A stretch of DNA of 33,050 nucleotides from Candidatus Eiseniibacteriota bacterium. Lineage in GTDB: Bacteria > Eisenbacteria > RBG-16-71-46 > CAVPCR01. The position numbers and the translations under genes are program-made. Positions within the stretch are counted from its first letter, which is position 1; each line of letters begins with the position of its first letter. The stretch lies in assembly GCA_044867365.1 (NCBI GenBank), contig JBIOUT010000046.1:1-33050 (forward strand), written 5' to 3'. The notes below the pieces were generated by a model, which saw only the letters and a list, made by a program, of their open reading frames with translations, did no database searches and was not told the DNA's origin. Shown piece by piece: positions 1 through 8,900 of the stretch.

Positions 1-1
1 T

Positions 2-913
2 GGCTACTCCACCCGGCGATCCGATGTTCAGCATGCCATCGATCTCTTCCGGTCGCTGACCGTCGCCGAGCGGCGGGATCTCGAGGGCCTGAGCCCCGAC
101 CGGGCCGACATCATTCTCGCCGGCGCCGCCGTGGTCAACGAAGTTTTACGGTACTTCCATCTCAACAGCTTCATCGTCAACGAGCATGGGATCCGGGAAG
201 GCCTGGTCATGCAGCTGACCCGCCAGATCTTCGGCCCGCCGGTGACCGAAGTCTCCGCCGATTGGCGCGAGAGCCTGCATGTCTTCGGCGCCGCCTGCGG
301 CTACGATCGGGCGACCGACGAGCACGTCGCCTCGCTCGCGGTGGCGCTCTTCGACGACCTGGTCAAGCTCCACGGCTACGGCGAGCCCGAGCGGCGGCTG
401 GTGGAAGCGGCGGCGCTCCTCAGGAACGTCGGCTATCACATCAGCTACCAGCGCCATCACATCCATTCTTATCATCTCATCCGCCACGCCAAGCTCACCG
501 GCTTCACCCCGCGTGAGGTCGAGCTCATCGCCAATCTCGCGCGCTACCACCGGCGAACCCTTCCTTCCAAGCGCCACCCCAATTTCGCCCGGCTCAATCG
601 CGCCGATCGCGAGCGAGTGATGTGTCTGGGGGCGCTCGTGCGGCTCGTCGACGGGATCGACCGTTCCCATCGCCGGCGGGTGCAGGCGATCGAGATCCAG
701 CTCAAGAAGCACCATCTGCGGCTCAACCTGGTGGCCAGCGAACCGGTCGAGCTCGAGCTCTGGGGCGGGCGGCAGAAGAAGGATCTACTCGAGCGCGCCT
801 ACGGGTTGGTCGTGACCCTCGAAGCGAAGACTCCCAAGACCGCGGGTGCGGACGGCGGGGGTGGGAGCGGAGCGGCGGCGCTGAAACCGGTCGAGCCGGG
901 ATCCGCCCTCTAG
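2..913 (+). CDS. ppx: Ppx/GppA-family phosphatase (exopolyphosphatase / guanosine pentaphosphate phosphohydrolase), 3' portion; gene starts upstream of the window
   Basis: The frame of tracked ORF 131..913 is open from base 2 (GYSTRRSDVQHAIDLFRSLTVAERRDLEGLSPDRADIILAGAAVVNEV...), so the gene enters from the left edge. HD-type C-terminal strings LLRNVGYHISYQRHHIHSYHLI and LARYHRR are characteristic of Ppx/GppA. Stop TAG 911-913. Confidence 0.85.
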   Translation, partial: GYSTRRSDVQHAIDLFRSLTVAERRDLEGLSPDRADIILAGAAVVNEVLRYFHLNSFIVNEHGIREGLVMQLTRQIFGPPVTEVSADWRESLHVFGAACGYDRATDEHVASLAVALFDDLVKLHGYGEPERRLVEAAALLRNVGYHISYQRHHIHSYHLIRHAKLTGFTPREVELIANLARYHRRTLPSKRHPNFARLNRADRERVMCLGALVRLVDGIDRSHRRRVQAIEIQLKKHHLRLNLVASEPVELELWGGRQKKDLLERAYGLVVTLEAKTPKTAGADGGGGSGAAALKPVEPGSAL

Positions 914-994
914 GACGGGCTCGGATCTCCCTTGTTGGGCGGCAAGGGAGGCGAAAGGGTTGCAGGCGAGCGGGCAATCTGGGAAGCTCGACCC

Positions 995-1828
995 ATGCCC
1001 ACTTCTTCGGATTGGAGGCGCGTCTTCGCGCGGAGCGTCGGCGTCGAGCACCGAGAAATGTCGCTCGACAAGGTGGCGCTTCTCATCGCTGCCGAAGAAC
1101 GCCCCGATCTCGAGATAAGAAACTATTTGAATCGCCTGGACGAGATCGGCGAGATCGTCCGCAAGCGAATCGGAAGCGAGCTCGATCCTTATCTGATTGT
1201 CGGTGTTCTCAACAAGGTTCTGTTTCAGGAGCTCGGGTTTCGCGGCAACCGGGACTCCTATTATGACGAGAAGAATAGTTTCCTCGATCAGGTCATCGAA
1301 CGGCGACTCGGCATCCCGATAACCTTGTCGATCGTCTATATGGAAGTCGCCAGGCGCGCCAAGCTGCCGGTTGTCGGGGTCAATTTTCCCGGACATTTCC
1401 TGGTCTGTTATCAGGCGGCGGACGAGCGCCTGCTCATCGATTGTTTCAGCGGCGGTGAGATCGTGCTCAGGCGACATGTGCAGGAACGGCTCGATCAGAT
1501 GTTCGACGGACGGCTGCGGTTCCGTCCCGAGTTTCTCGATCCCTCGCCGTCTCGTGCCATCATCGCCCGCCTGCTCACCAACTTGAAGGCGATCTACTGG
1601 CGGCGGAACGATTACCGGCATGCGCTGGCGGTGAGCGACCGCCTACTTCTGGTCAATCCCAACCTGGTGGAGGAGTATCGCGACCGCGGCGTCCTGCTCG
1701 CGCAGTTGCGGGACTTTGATGGGGCACTGCCCGACCTCGAGCTCTACCTGGCTCTGGCGCCCGAGGCTCCGGATGCAGCCCAGGTTCGCTGGTTGGCGCA
1801 CCGGCTGCGGAAAAAGCGCAGCAAGTAG
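995..1828 (+). CDS. SirB1/YchA-like protein (transglutaminase-like fold plus TPR-like C-terminus, UPF0162-type)
   Basis: Tracked ORF 932..1828; first ATG at 995. Core LNKVLFQELGFRGNRDSYYDEKNSFLDQVIERRLGIPITLSIVYMEVARRAKLPVVGVNFPGHFLV matches my memory of the SirB1 N-terminal family. The C-terminal helices (YRHALAVSDRLLLVNPN...YRDRGVLLAQL...DLELYLAL) look TPR-like. Start uncertain (TTG 932 vs ATG 995). Confidence 0.7.
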   Translation: MPTSSDWRRVFARSVGVEHREMSLDKVALLIAAEERPDLEIRNYLNRLDEIGEIVRKRIGSELDPYLIVGVLNKVLFQELGFRGNRDSYYDEKNSFLDQVIERRLGIPITLSIVYMEVARRAKLPVVGVNFPGHFLVCYQAADERLLIDCFSGGEIVLRRHVQERLDQMFDGRLRFRPEFLDPSPSRAIIARLLTNLKAIYWRRNDYRHALAVSDRLLLVNPNLVEEYRDRGVLLAQLRDFDGALPDLELYLALAPEAPDAAQVRWLAHRLRKKRSK

Positions 1829-1855
1829 CGATCCCGCCGGCGGAGGGAGGTGGCG

Positions 1856-2305
1856 ATGAAGACCATCCGCGGCCTTATCGAAGGCAAGGTTGTATACAGC
1901 GTTCCACCCGAGGCGAACGTGCTGGAAGTTGCTCGCTACATGAGCGAGAAGCGTGTCGGTGCAATTGTCGTCATCGAGGGGGATCAGGTCGTCGGTGTGT
2001 TCTCCGAGCGTGATCTGATGGAGCGAGTGGTCATTCGCGGGCGATCACCTGCCGATGTGCGGGTCAAAGAGGTGATGACTCGCGACCTCCTGACCGCCGG
2101 TCCCGACGAGAGCTACGTCGATTGCATGAAGAAGATGCAGCTTCGCGGTTGCCGCCACCTTCCGATTGTCGAGGGTGGACAAGTGATCGCCATGCTCTCG
2201 TTACGCGATCTCCTCAAGGTCGAGATCGAGCAGATGGAAGAGGAGATCAAATGGATGAACGCCTACATCCACGGAGTGCCGCCCGACCGCATGGAGCTGG
2301 GATAG
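1856..2305 (+). CDS. CBS-domain pair protein
   Basis: Two CBS-like units (VARYMSEKRVGAIVVIEGDQVVGVFSERDLMERVV and CMKKMQLRGCRHLPIVEGGQVIAMLSLRDLLK). Strong SD GGAGGGAGG at 1842-1850 lies 5 nt before ATG 1856 (the track starts at GTG 1850). Confidence 0.85.
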   Translation: MKTIRGLIEGKVVYSVPPEANVLEVARYMSEKRVGAIVVIEGDQVVGVFSERDLMERVVIRGRSPADVRVKEVMTRDLLTAGPDESYVDCMKKMQLRGCRHLPIVEGGQVIAMLSLRDLLKVEIEQMEEEIKWMNAYIHGVPPDRMELG

Positions 2306-2317
2306 AGCGTTCGCCGA

Positions 2318-5300
2318 TCACTTGAGAAGGATGAACTTGCTCCTCCCGATCTCCCGGGCGCCGGCCGCCATCCGCACCCAGTAGACGCCCGCCGGCACTC
2401 GATCGCCGTTCCTGCCCCGGCCGTCCCACGGGGCCTGCCAGCTCCCCGGTTCCCAGCTGCGGGACGGGAGCGCCGCCACCACCCGCCCGGCGACATCGAG
2501 GATCTCGAGGTCGACCGCTCCGCGCTCGTGGAGATCGAAGGCGATCTGAACGCTGCCTGCCGCCGGATTCGGTCGTGGCGCACCGAGGGCTGTCGCCGCG
2601 GGCACGCTGCTCGGGCCGGGATCGTTCACCGCCGTGCTGGCGACCGAGATCCCCAGCCGATAGTCCCCGGCGAGACCGGTGTCATTGACCACCACGATGC
2701 CATACCAGTCATCGACGGGGGCGGGGTAGAGCGTGTGCAGGGCTTGGGTCTCGAGCTGCGCCGCCGATCGCGGCGCCCAGTAGATTCCGTTCTCACTCTT
2801 GAAGAGCAGGAGCTTGGTATCGTCGGCGCGGGTGCGCTCGAAGAAGATGTCGTACTGGACGCCTGCCGAGAGAAGCACATCCCATACCTCGAGCACGTCG
2901 GATTCGCCGGTAGCGCGTGAGATGGGTGGATCGCCGACGAAGAGCTGATTGGCCCCGTCATCCCACTCGGTGCGACCGCTCATCCCGTAGAAATCAAAGG
3001 GGGAAACATAATAGGTGCCGATCGGATTGTGGTTGAAGTCGCCGATGACGAAATCGACCGTGCTGACCCCGGTCGATGAGGCGAGCGGATTCGAGAAGCA
3101 GGATGGCCACGCCCCCCCTGATCCTTGCTGATAGGCGGTCAAGTCCCAATCATCGCCGCTCTGCTGGCGCACGCCGACGGCGGTCCAGTAGATGTTGTTC
3201 TGGTTAAAGCTGTAATAGCCGACGGCGGGAGGGGTGATGACGCTCACGCCGCTGGCCAGCGCGACGGGCGCGGTGCAGGTCCCGACCCGTAGCGAGTAGG
3301 TGCCGGCTTGGCCGTTGTCGTTGACCACCACCACTCCGTACCAGTCGCTGGCAGGAGCGGTGTAAGTGTTGGGGACGGTCGTCTCCAGCACCCGGGAGTT
3401 CCGCCCCACCCAATAGGTGGCGCCGGGATTCCGGAACAGCATCATCCGGGTGTCGGCGGATCCGACGCGATTGAAATCGAAGGTATAAGTGGTGCCGCCG
3501 TCGAGGAAGACATCCCATACCTCGATCACGTCATTGGAGCCGGTATTGCGGGTGATCGCCGGGGCGTTGATGGTGAGCGCATCGGGGCCGTCGTCCCACT
3601 CGGTGACCGCGCTACCCGGACCGGAGTAACGATGGGAATACACGTAGTAGCTGCCAAGTGGGTTGTGGTTGAAGTCGCCGATCACGAAATCGGCGCCGTT
3701 GACGTTGCTCGAGGAGGCGAGAACGCCGCTGAAGCAGTTGTCTCCCGAGCCGCCGGTGCCCGAAGAGAAGACGGCGATGTCCCAATCGGCGACGGGGTTG
3801 CGAACCGCCGCCGCCGACCAGTAGATGGGAGATTGAGTGAAGGTGAAGAAGCCGCCGGGGGCGGGAGTGATCGCCGCGGCGCCGCTCGCCAGAACGAGCG
3901 GGTCATCGCACTGCGCTTGCCGGACCGCATTATAGGCGTCGATGACGCCCCAACCGTAGCTATTGTCCTCGCCCGCCGCCCCTTCGTCGCGGGCGGTCCT
4001 CATGAGGATTTGTTTCGCGGTCGTCACGTCGATGTTCGGATTCGCCTGTCGCATGAGGGCGATGGTTCCTGACACATGCGGGCCGGCCATTGAGGTTCCG
4101 CTCCAGCCGAACTGACCGTAGCCGCCGTTGCGAGTCGTCGAATACACGGTGACTCCGGGGGCCGAGACCTCCGGCTTGATCGTCGTGTGGTTGCAACCCG
4201 ACGGCCCGCGGCTCGAGAAGTTGGCGATCGGGTAGGGGAACTGGAAGTCGGTCGCGTTCACCGCTCCGATCGCGAAGGCGTCGGTCGGGGTGGTGATGCG
4301 ATCGGGAGGTGATCCAATGGTCTCCGCCCCCGGCCCTTCGTTCCCCGCCGAAAAGACAACCGCACAACCCGCCGCCTCGCATCCGTCCATCACCGCCCAC
4401 CACCTGGGATCACAATCGATGTAGCCGCCGGGGAAGTCCTCGTTGATTCGCCAGGAGTTCTCGACGACGTCGGGCACATCGGCGGTCGTCTGCGGATTGC
4501 CGTCCGGATCGGCGAACCACTGGAAAGCGGCGATGACGTCGTTGTCGAACTCGGCCCCGGTCGATGGGTTGCCGATCGCATTGCAGGCGATCCACTGCGC
4601 CCCCCATGCGACTCCCACGGTGTCGTGGGTGGCGGCGCCGAGGCCCACCATGGTTCCCATCGTGTGAGTTCCGTGCCCGCACACATCGGCGTCGACCGGC
4701 GACTGAGTGTTCGTCCCCAACCGATCGAGCCAGGCATGCTGCCAGGGAACGCCCGCCTGCGCCCCGCGCCAGCGGGCAGAGAGCGCCACATGCGTTCCGG
4801 TGACCCCGCTATCCAGACCGCCGACGAGTCGGCCACTGCCGTTGAACCCGAGCTCATACCAGACGCGGGGAGCGTTGATCGCCCTGAGTCCGGGGGGCAC
4901 CTGGATGGCCAGCGAGCCCCCGAGCTCCGGGCAGACCATCGGCGCCGCCATCGGCGACACGGTGAAGTTCGAGTAGACGGTGCCGACATCGGCGCGGGCG
5001 GCGACTACCCGCAGGGTGCGAACCGTCATCTTCGCCACGACCAGGTTGGCGATCCAATACGGAGTGTAGCCCGCGACCTCGCCGGTGGCTTTGAGCGCCG
5101 CGAGATCGGTGAGCAACGGGCCTTGAGTCGCCGCCGCCTTGTCGATGAGCGAAGTGATAATGGCGGCATGGCGCTCGGCGAGGGGCGCCCGCTCTTCGCG
5201 AAGCTCGGTGTCCAGGTTGGAGATCGGCGCCTGATCGGCCATCATGATCAGGATCGAGACCTTGGCGTCGTCAGGGAGCGTGCGCAGATAGGATTCGAAG

Positions 5301-5401
5301 GGCGGATCGATCATTCCCGCGTGGGCGGTGCCGGCGAGCTGGACGGAAGCGAATGTGATGAGAACGAGAGGGAGGGCAATGAATCCCGCGGCCGGCTTCA
5401 A
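2318..5401 (-). CDS. Secreted subtilisin-like serine protease (peptidase S8) with I9-like propeptide, two tandem ~211-aa repeat modules and a FlgD-Ig/T9SS-type C-terminal sorting domain
   Basis: Signal peptide MKPAAGFIALPLVLITFASVQLAGTAHA. Catalytic triad motifs GGLDSGV (D196), HGTHTMGT (H242), GTSMAGPHVSG (S436), plus oxyanion SAGNEG. C-terminal PNPAAGSVQIAFDL...VDLEILDVAGRVV...WDGRGRNGDRVPAGVYWVRM...KFILLK resembles T9SS/FlgD-Ig tails. The start is TTG at 5401, preceded by AAGGAGGT with 7-nt spacing; no in-frame ATG or GTG would preserve the signal peptide. Confidence 0.92.
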   Translation of the reverse strand: MKPAAGFIALPLVLITFASVQLAGTAHAGMIDPPFESYLRTLPDDAKVSILIMMADQAPISNLDTELREERAPLAERHAAIITSLIDKAAATQGPLLTDLAALKATGEVAGYTPYWIANLVVAKMTVRTLRVVAARADVGTVYSNFTVSPMAAPMVCPELGGSLAIQVPPGLRAINAPRVWYELGFNGSGRLVGGLDSGVTGTHVALSARWRGAQAGVPWQHAWLDRLGTNTQSPVDADVCGHGTHTMGTMVGLGAATHDTVGVAWGAQWIACNAIGNPSTGAEFDNDVIAAFQWFADPDGNPQTTADVPDVVENSWRINEDFPGGYIDCDPRWWAVMDGCEAAGCAVVFSAGNEGPGAETIGSPPDRITTPTDAFAIGAVNATDFQFPYPIANFSSRGPSGCNHTTIKPEVSAPGVTVYSTTRNGGYGQFGWSGTSMAGPHVSGTIALMRQANPNIDVTTAKQILMRTARDEGAAGEDNSYGWGVIDAYNAVRQAQCDDPLVLASGAAAITPAPGGFFTFTQSPIYWSAAAVRNPVADWDIAVFSSGTGGSGDNCFSGVLASSSNVNGADFVIGDFNHNPLGSYYVYSHRYSGPGSAVTEWDDGPDALTINAPAITRNTGSNDVIEVWDVFLDGGTTYTFDFNRVGSADTRMMLFRNPGATYWVGRNSRVLETTVPNTYTAPASDWYGVVVVNDNGQAGTYSLRVGTCTAPVALASGVSVITPPAVGYYSFNQNNIYWTAVGVRQQSGDDWDLTAYQQGSGGAWPSCFSNPLASSTGVSTVDFVIGDFNHNPIGTYYVSPFDFYGMSGRTEWDDGANQLFVGDPPISRATGESDVLEVWDVLLSAGVQYDIFFERTRADDTKLLLFKSENGIYWAPRSAAQLETQALHTLYPAPVDDWYGIVVVNDTGLAGDYRLGISVASTAVNDPGPSSVPAATALGAPRPNPAAGSVQIAFDLHERGAVDLEILDVAGRVVAALPSRSWEPGSWQAPWDGRGRNGDRVPAGVYWVRMAAGAREIGRSKFILLK
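2645..3910 (-). repeat. Intragenic tandem duplication inside the S8 protease: two ~633-nt (211-aa) modules (3278-3910 and 2645-3277)
   Basis: aa 498-708 and 709-919 align along their whole length. Examples: LASGAAAITPAPGGFFTF / LASGVSVITPPAVGYYSF; DFVIGDFNHNPLGSYYV / DFVIGDFNHNPIGTYYV; TEWDDG in both; VIEVWDVFL / VLEVWDVLL; DWYGVVVVNDNGQAGTYSLRVG / DWYGIVVVNDTGLAGDYRLGIS. The DNA is also near-identical locally (ttgtggttgaagtcgccgat at ~3024-3043 and ~3664-3683). Confidence 0.9.
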
Positions 5402-5799
5402 GGCGCAACCTCCTTATCGCAGATCTTGGGAGCTTGAGAGCTCGCCGGAGCGTGCGACTTGCTCTCTTGAAACTCGTGCGGCGTGGTCCCTGCGAGCTTG
5501 GCTTGCTCGAGTGGGGAGAGTCCCGGAGGTCCGATGACGATCGTCGACAGCTCGCGTCCCTTGACTGGCGCCGGTAGAGGCGCGAGCGGCGGGCCCAGCT
5601 CGACTTGTTCGATGAGGTCGATGAGCTTCTCGAGCTCGGCGGCGGTGAGCGCGGGAGGTCCAGGCTCGATGGTGTTGATTTCTACCTCTTTATTGGAGCC
5701 GGGCTCGTCGGTCACCAGCACGCTCGGCGCCGCGGCCAGGGCGGCGGCGCTCATGACCATCAGCAATGGGACGATGGGGAGTTGTCGGTAGTGAAACAT
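5398..5799 (-). CDS. Small secreted hypothetical protein (133 aa) with internal GPPxL(S/T)xxExxKL repeat, translationally coupled to the downstream S8 protease
   Basis: Signal peptide MFHYRQLPIVPLLMVMSAAALAAA. SD GGAGA lies 6 nt upstream of ATG 5799. Its stop TGA (5398-5400) overlaps the protease TTG start (TTGA), and the protease SD AAGGAGG is embedded in its last codons (..DKEVAP). No family recognised. Confidence 0.6.
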   Translation of the reverse strand: MFHYRQLPIVPLLMVMSAAALAAAPSVLVTDEPGSNKEVEINTIEPGPPALTAAELEKLIDLIEQVELGPPLAPLPAPVKGRELSTIVIGPPGLSPLEQAKLAGTTPHEFQESKSHAPASSQAPKICDKEVAP

Positions 5800-5900
5800 C
5801 GATCGTCTCCGATCCGCATGCGGGGGGGCTCAACACGCGTGGGTTCTCCGGTCCACCCTTCCTAACGAACGAAGGCCGGAAATCGCACGCACGATCGGGC

Positions 5901-5932
5901 GGGTTTGGAGCGGAGCGGGTTTGGAGCGGAGA
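5901..5932. repeat. Perfect-to-near-perfect 16-bp direct repeat x2 (gggtttggagcggagc / gggtttggagcggaga) in the 156-nt gap between the kinase stop and the small secreted ORF
   Basis: Read directly: 5901-5916 and 5917-5932 match at 15/16 positions. It lies 24 nt downstream of the kinase stop (5956) and about 100-130 nt upstream of ATG 5799 on the minus strand. Confidence 0.8.
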
Positions 5933-5955
5933 AAGGGCGGGTGGCGAGGGAGAAG

Positions 5956-8900
5956 CTACGCGGTGCCTGCTTCCCAGGCGGCCCGGATCTCCCGATGGAG
6001 GGGCACCTGACTCATCATCGACTCGCGGTACTCCTCTGGAGCATGGTCGCGAATGTAGATGAGGATGCGGTGAGCCTCGGCCAGGTATCGACCCTCACCG
6101 GTGAGCCTCCACAAGTTGAAGGCGACCTCCATTCTCGAGAGGGCGCTCATCTGCGAAGCGCTCGCGCTGAAGGCTGCCGCCGCCGGCGCGGGATCGTCTC
6201 GCTTGATCATGGCGAGAGAAGTCAAGGCGCAAACCTCCACTTGCGCGCTGCCGATCTCCCGGCCAATGACCAGCGCCTCTTCGAGGAGAGACGCTCCGCG
6301 GGTCGGGTCGGCTTGCATAGGATGCCGGCGGAGGAAGTCGCCATAGGTGAGGAGCATTTGAGCGTAAGCCCACCGTGTCCCATTTTTTCGTGCCATGGCA
6401 GCCGCTTCCTTGTACTCGGCGGCGGCGCGAGTCAGGTCGCCCTCGTGCTCGGCGAGTATGCAGCCGTATAGGCGAGCCGTGACTTCCCGCGGCGTCTGGT
6501 TCAATGACCTCGCCAGGGACAGGGCCGCCCTGAACGCCGTTCGAGCACGGGGATGATCGCCAAGGTAGGTGTAATACGCGGCGTTGCCGCATTCGCCGAA
6601 AAGGATTCCTTCGGCGTCGGCCATTTCGCGGGAGAGGGAGACATGCTCTTCCCTGAGTCGCATCGCCTCGGCGAATTGGCCCATGTGATCGGCCAGGAGC
6701 GACAGGTTGCCGAGAGCGGTCGCTTCCCCTTTGCGATAGCCGGTCTGGCGTTGAATGGTGAGTTGCCGCTCCCAAAGGGTTCGGGCTTCCTCCAACTTCC
6801 CCCGGCGGAACAACACCCTCGCCAGGCTGCCGCTGCCTCTGCCCTCGCCCTGGCGGTAACCGGAGCGCCGGCAAAGGGCGATCTGGCGGCGGAAGCACGA
6901 CTCGGCCGCCTCCCAGTCGCCGAGATCGACCTGGGCGCTTCCCAGCCGGCCGAGCATCGCAGCCTCGAGCTGCGGCGCTCCCGTAGCGCGCGCCAGGTCG
7001 AGCGCGCGCTCGAAGCAGTCCCGTGCCGCAGCCGGCCGTCCCTGAGTCAGATGAACGCTGCCCAGATTCTTTGTCGCCTCGCACTCGTCGGCGAGGCTCT
7101 GCACCCTGCGCGCCAAGCCGATCGCCTGTTCGCTCTCCTGAATGGCCTCCTCGTATCGACCGAGCAAGCAGTCGATCGACCCCAGGCCTGACATCGCTTT
7201 GGCTTCGAGTTCACCATGTTCCGCCGCTCGCGACAGCTCCAATGCCTGTACGAGCACTGTTCGCGCCTGCGTGTAGTGACTCCTGTCGGATAGGTATCGA
7301 CCGAGCTGGGTGCGAACGCGGGCGCGGAGAACGGCATCCCCCGTGGTCTCGGCCGTGAGGAGTGCCCTTTCGTAGACGCGATGCTGCTCCCGGTGGTGAC
7401 CGAGGATGGCGAGGTGCTGAGCCTGACGGAGCAGGAGATCGATGCGCTCGCGCTCAGGCAGGGCGTCCTCGTGCTGCAAGACCTCGCTCACCAGCGCAAG
7501 GAGCGCGGTACTGTTGAGGGTCGCTTCCAGATGCCCGACCGCGGCCTCGAGAAGAGGGAGCACTCGGTCGAGGGCTCCCCCGCGCAGGAAGTGGAGAGCC
7601 AGGTCGACCGCCTGCGCTCCGCGGATAGTTGCCGGCTCCTGCGCTGCGTCCGGCTCCCGGGCCCCCTCGAGCCTCTTCTCCAGGGACTCGGCGATGGCCA
7701 GGTGATAGGTCTGGCGCAGAGCCGGGGGGAGACCGCTGTAGATCGCCTCTTGAACATAATGGTGCTCGAAGGAATACGAGGGCTCGCCGGAGCGGAGCAG
7801 GCGGTGCGGATGCTCGAGGGCGGCCAAGCTGCGGAAGAGGACGAGTGGGGTGATCCGTCGCGCCTCTGCGATCAGCATCGGGTCGAAGCCGAATCCGCAG
7901 CAGGATGCGGTCTCGAGCACCTCCCGCTCCGCCGGGCCGAGTTGGGCGGCGCGGGCGCGAATCAGGTTCGCCAGCGTCTCGGGCAACGGAAAGTCTCGGA
8001 TCGAGGCGTGCGGATTCTGCTTCCAGCGACCGTCCGCACCCCGGACCAATTGCCCGTTTCCCTCGAGCACGCGCAAGAGCTCGAGCATCACGAAGGGATT
8101 CCCATCGGAGCGATGGACGAGCTCGCCTCTCAGCTCATCGGCGAGGATCTCCGAGCCGAGGAGGTCGGTGAGAAAGATGCGCGAGTCATCATCACTCAAA
8201 CCGCCGAGATCGATCCGCGCGGTGTGCGGAAGTCGCTCGAGCTCGCTTTGCCATTCCGCGGGTAGGTCGGAGCGTGCCGAAGCGACAAGCAGCAGCCGAT
8301 GCCCGGGAGCCGTGCGTGCCAGAACCAGAAATGCATTCCGCTCCTCTTCAGCAGCGAAATGGAGATCTTCGAGCATGAGCAAAGTGGGACGTTGGCGAGC
8401 CAGCGCCAGCGCCGTTTCGACGAGCGCAACTTGTAACGGCTCGGAGGCCGACGCCTCCGCATGCCCGTCGTCGCTGCCGCTGATGAGCGCGGCCAGCGCT
8501 TGCGCGGCGGGCGGAGCTTCGGGCAGGAGGGCGGCCAGGGCTCGGGCTGGATCTTGGCCGCCGAGGTGAGCGCGATAGGCGGCGGCGAAACCGGATAAGC
8601 TCCGCGTCTCGCTTGTTGGTGCGCTCGAGCCTGCGAGGAGATGGACTTCGTCTGCGTTTGCCGCCACCGCATCGACAAGCTCGCCGAGAAGTCGCGACTT
8701 GCCGATACCGGCTTCTCCCGTGAGGAGAACGACGCGCGCCTCGCCGTTGCACACGGCGTCCCACGCCTGAGTCAGCTTTCCCATCTCCGAGCGGCGGCCG
8801 CAGAACGCGGTCTGGGGTGAGGTGACAAGCCGGCGAGGACGAGCCGCCGTGAGGCGCGACGAGCGATCGCTCCAGAACTCCGAGCGCTCGGCCTCGGCGA

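Noticed and set aside
927-946. Hairpin CCCTTG-ttgggcgg-CAAGGG after the ppx stop
   Set aside because: The stem is short, no U-run follows, and the next gene starts within ~50 nt. Not convincing as an intrinsic terminator.
5811-5817. Heptamer CATGCGG (minus strand) shared by the regions upstream of the small secreted ORF (5811-5817) and of the ferritin-like gene (11791-11797), considered as a common ECF promoter element
   Set aside because: It is only 7 nt, lies at very different distances from the two starts (~12 vs ~72 nt), and has no accompanying -35-like GGAAC element. This is compatible with chance in GC-rich DNA.
6095-8764. Multiple 130-330-aa ORFs in other frames and on the other strand inside the kinase gene (e.g. 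6095..7084 -, 6553..7191 +, 7381..8265 +, 7850..8569 +)
   Set aside because: All are nested in the 1502-aa kinase/STAND/TPR reading frame, which has continuous domain logic. The alternative frames are Arg/Ser/Pro-rich low-complexity translations.
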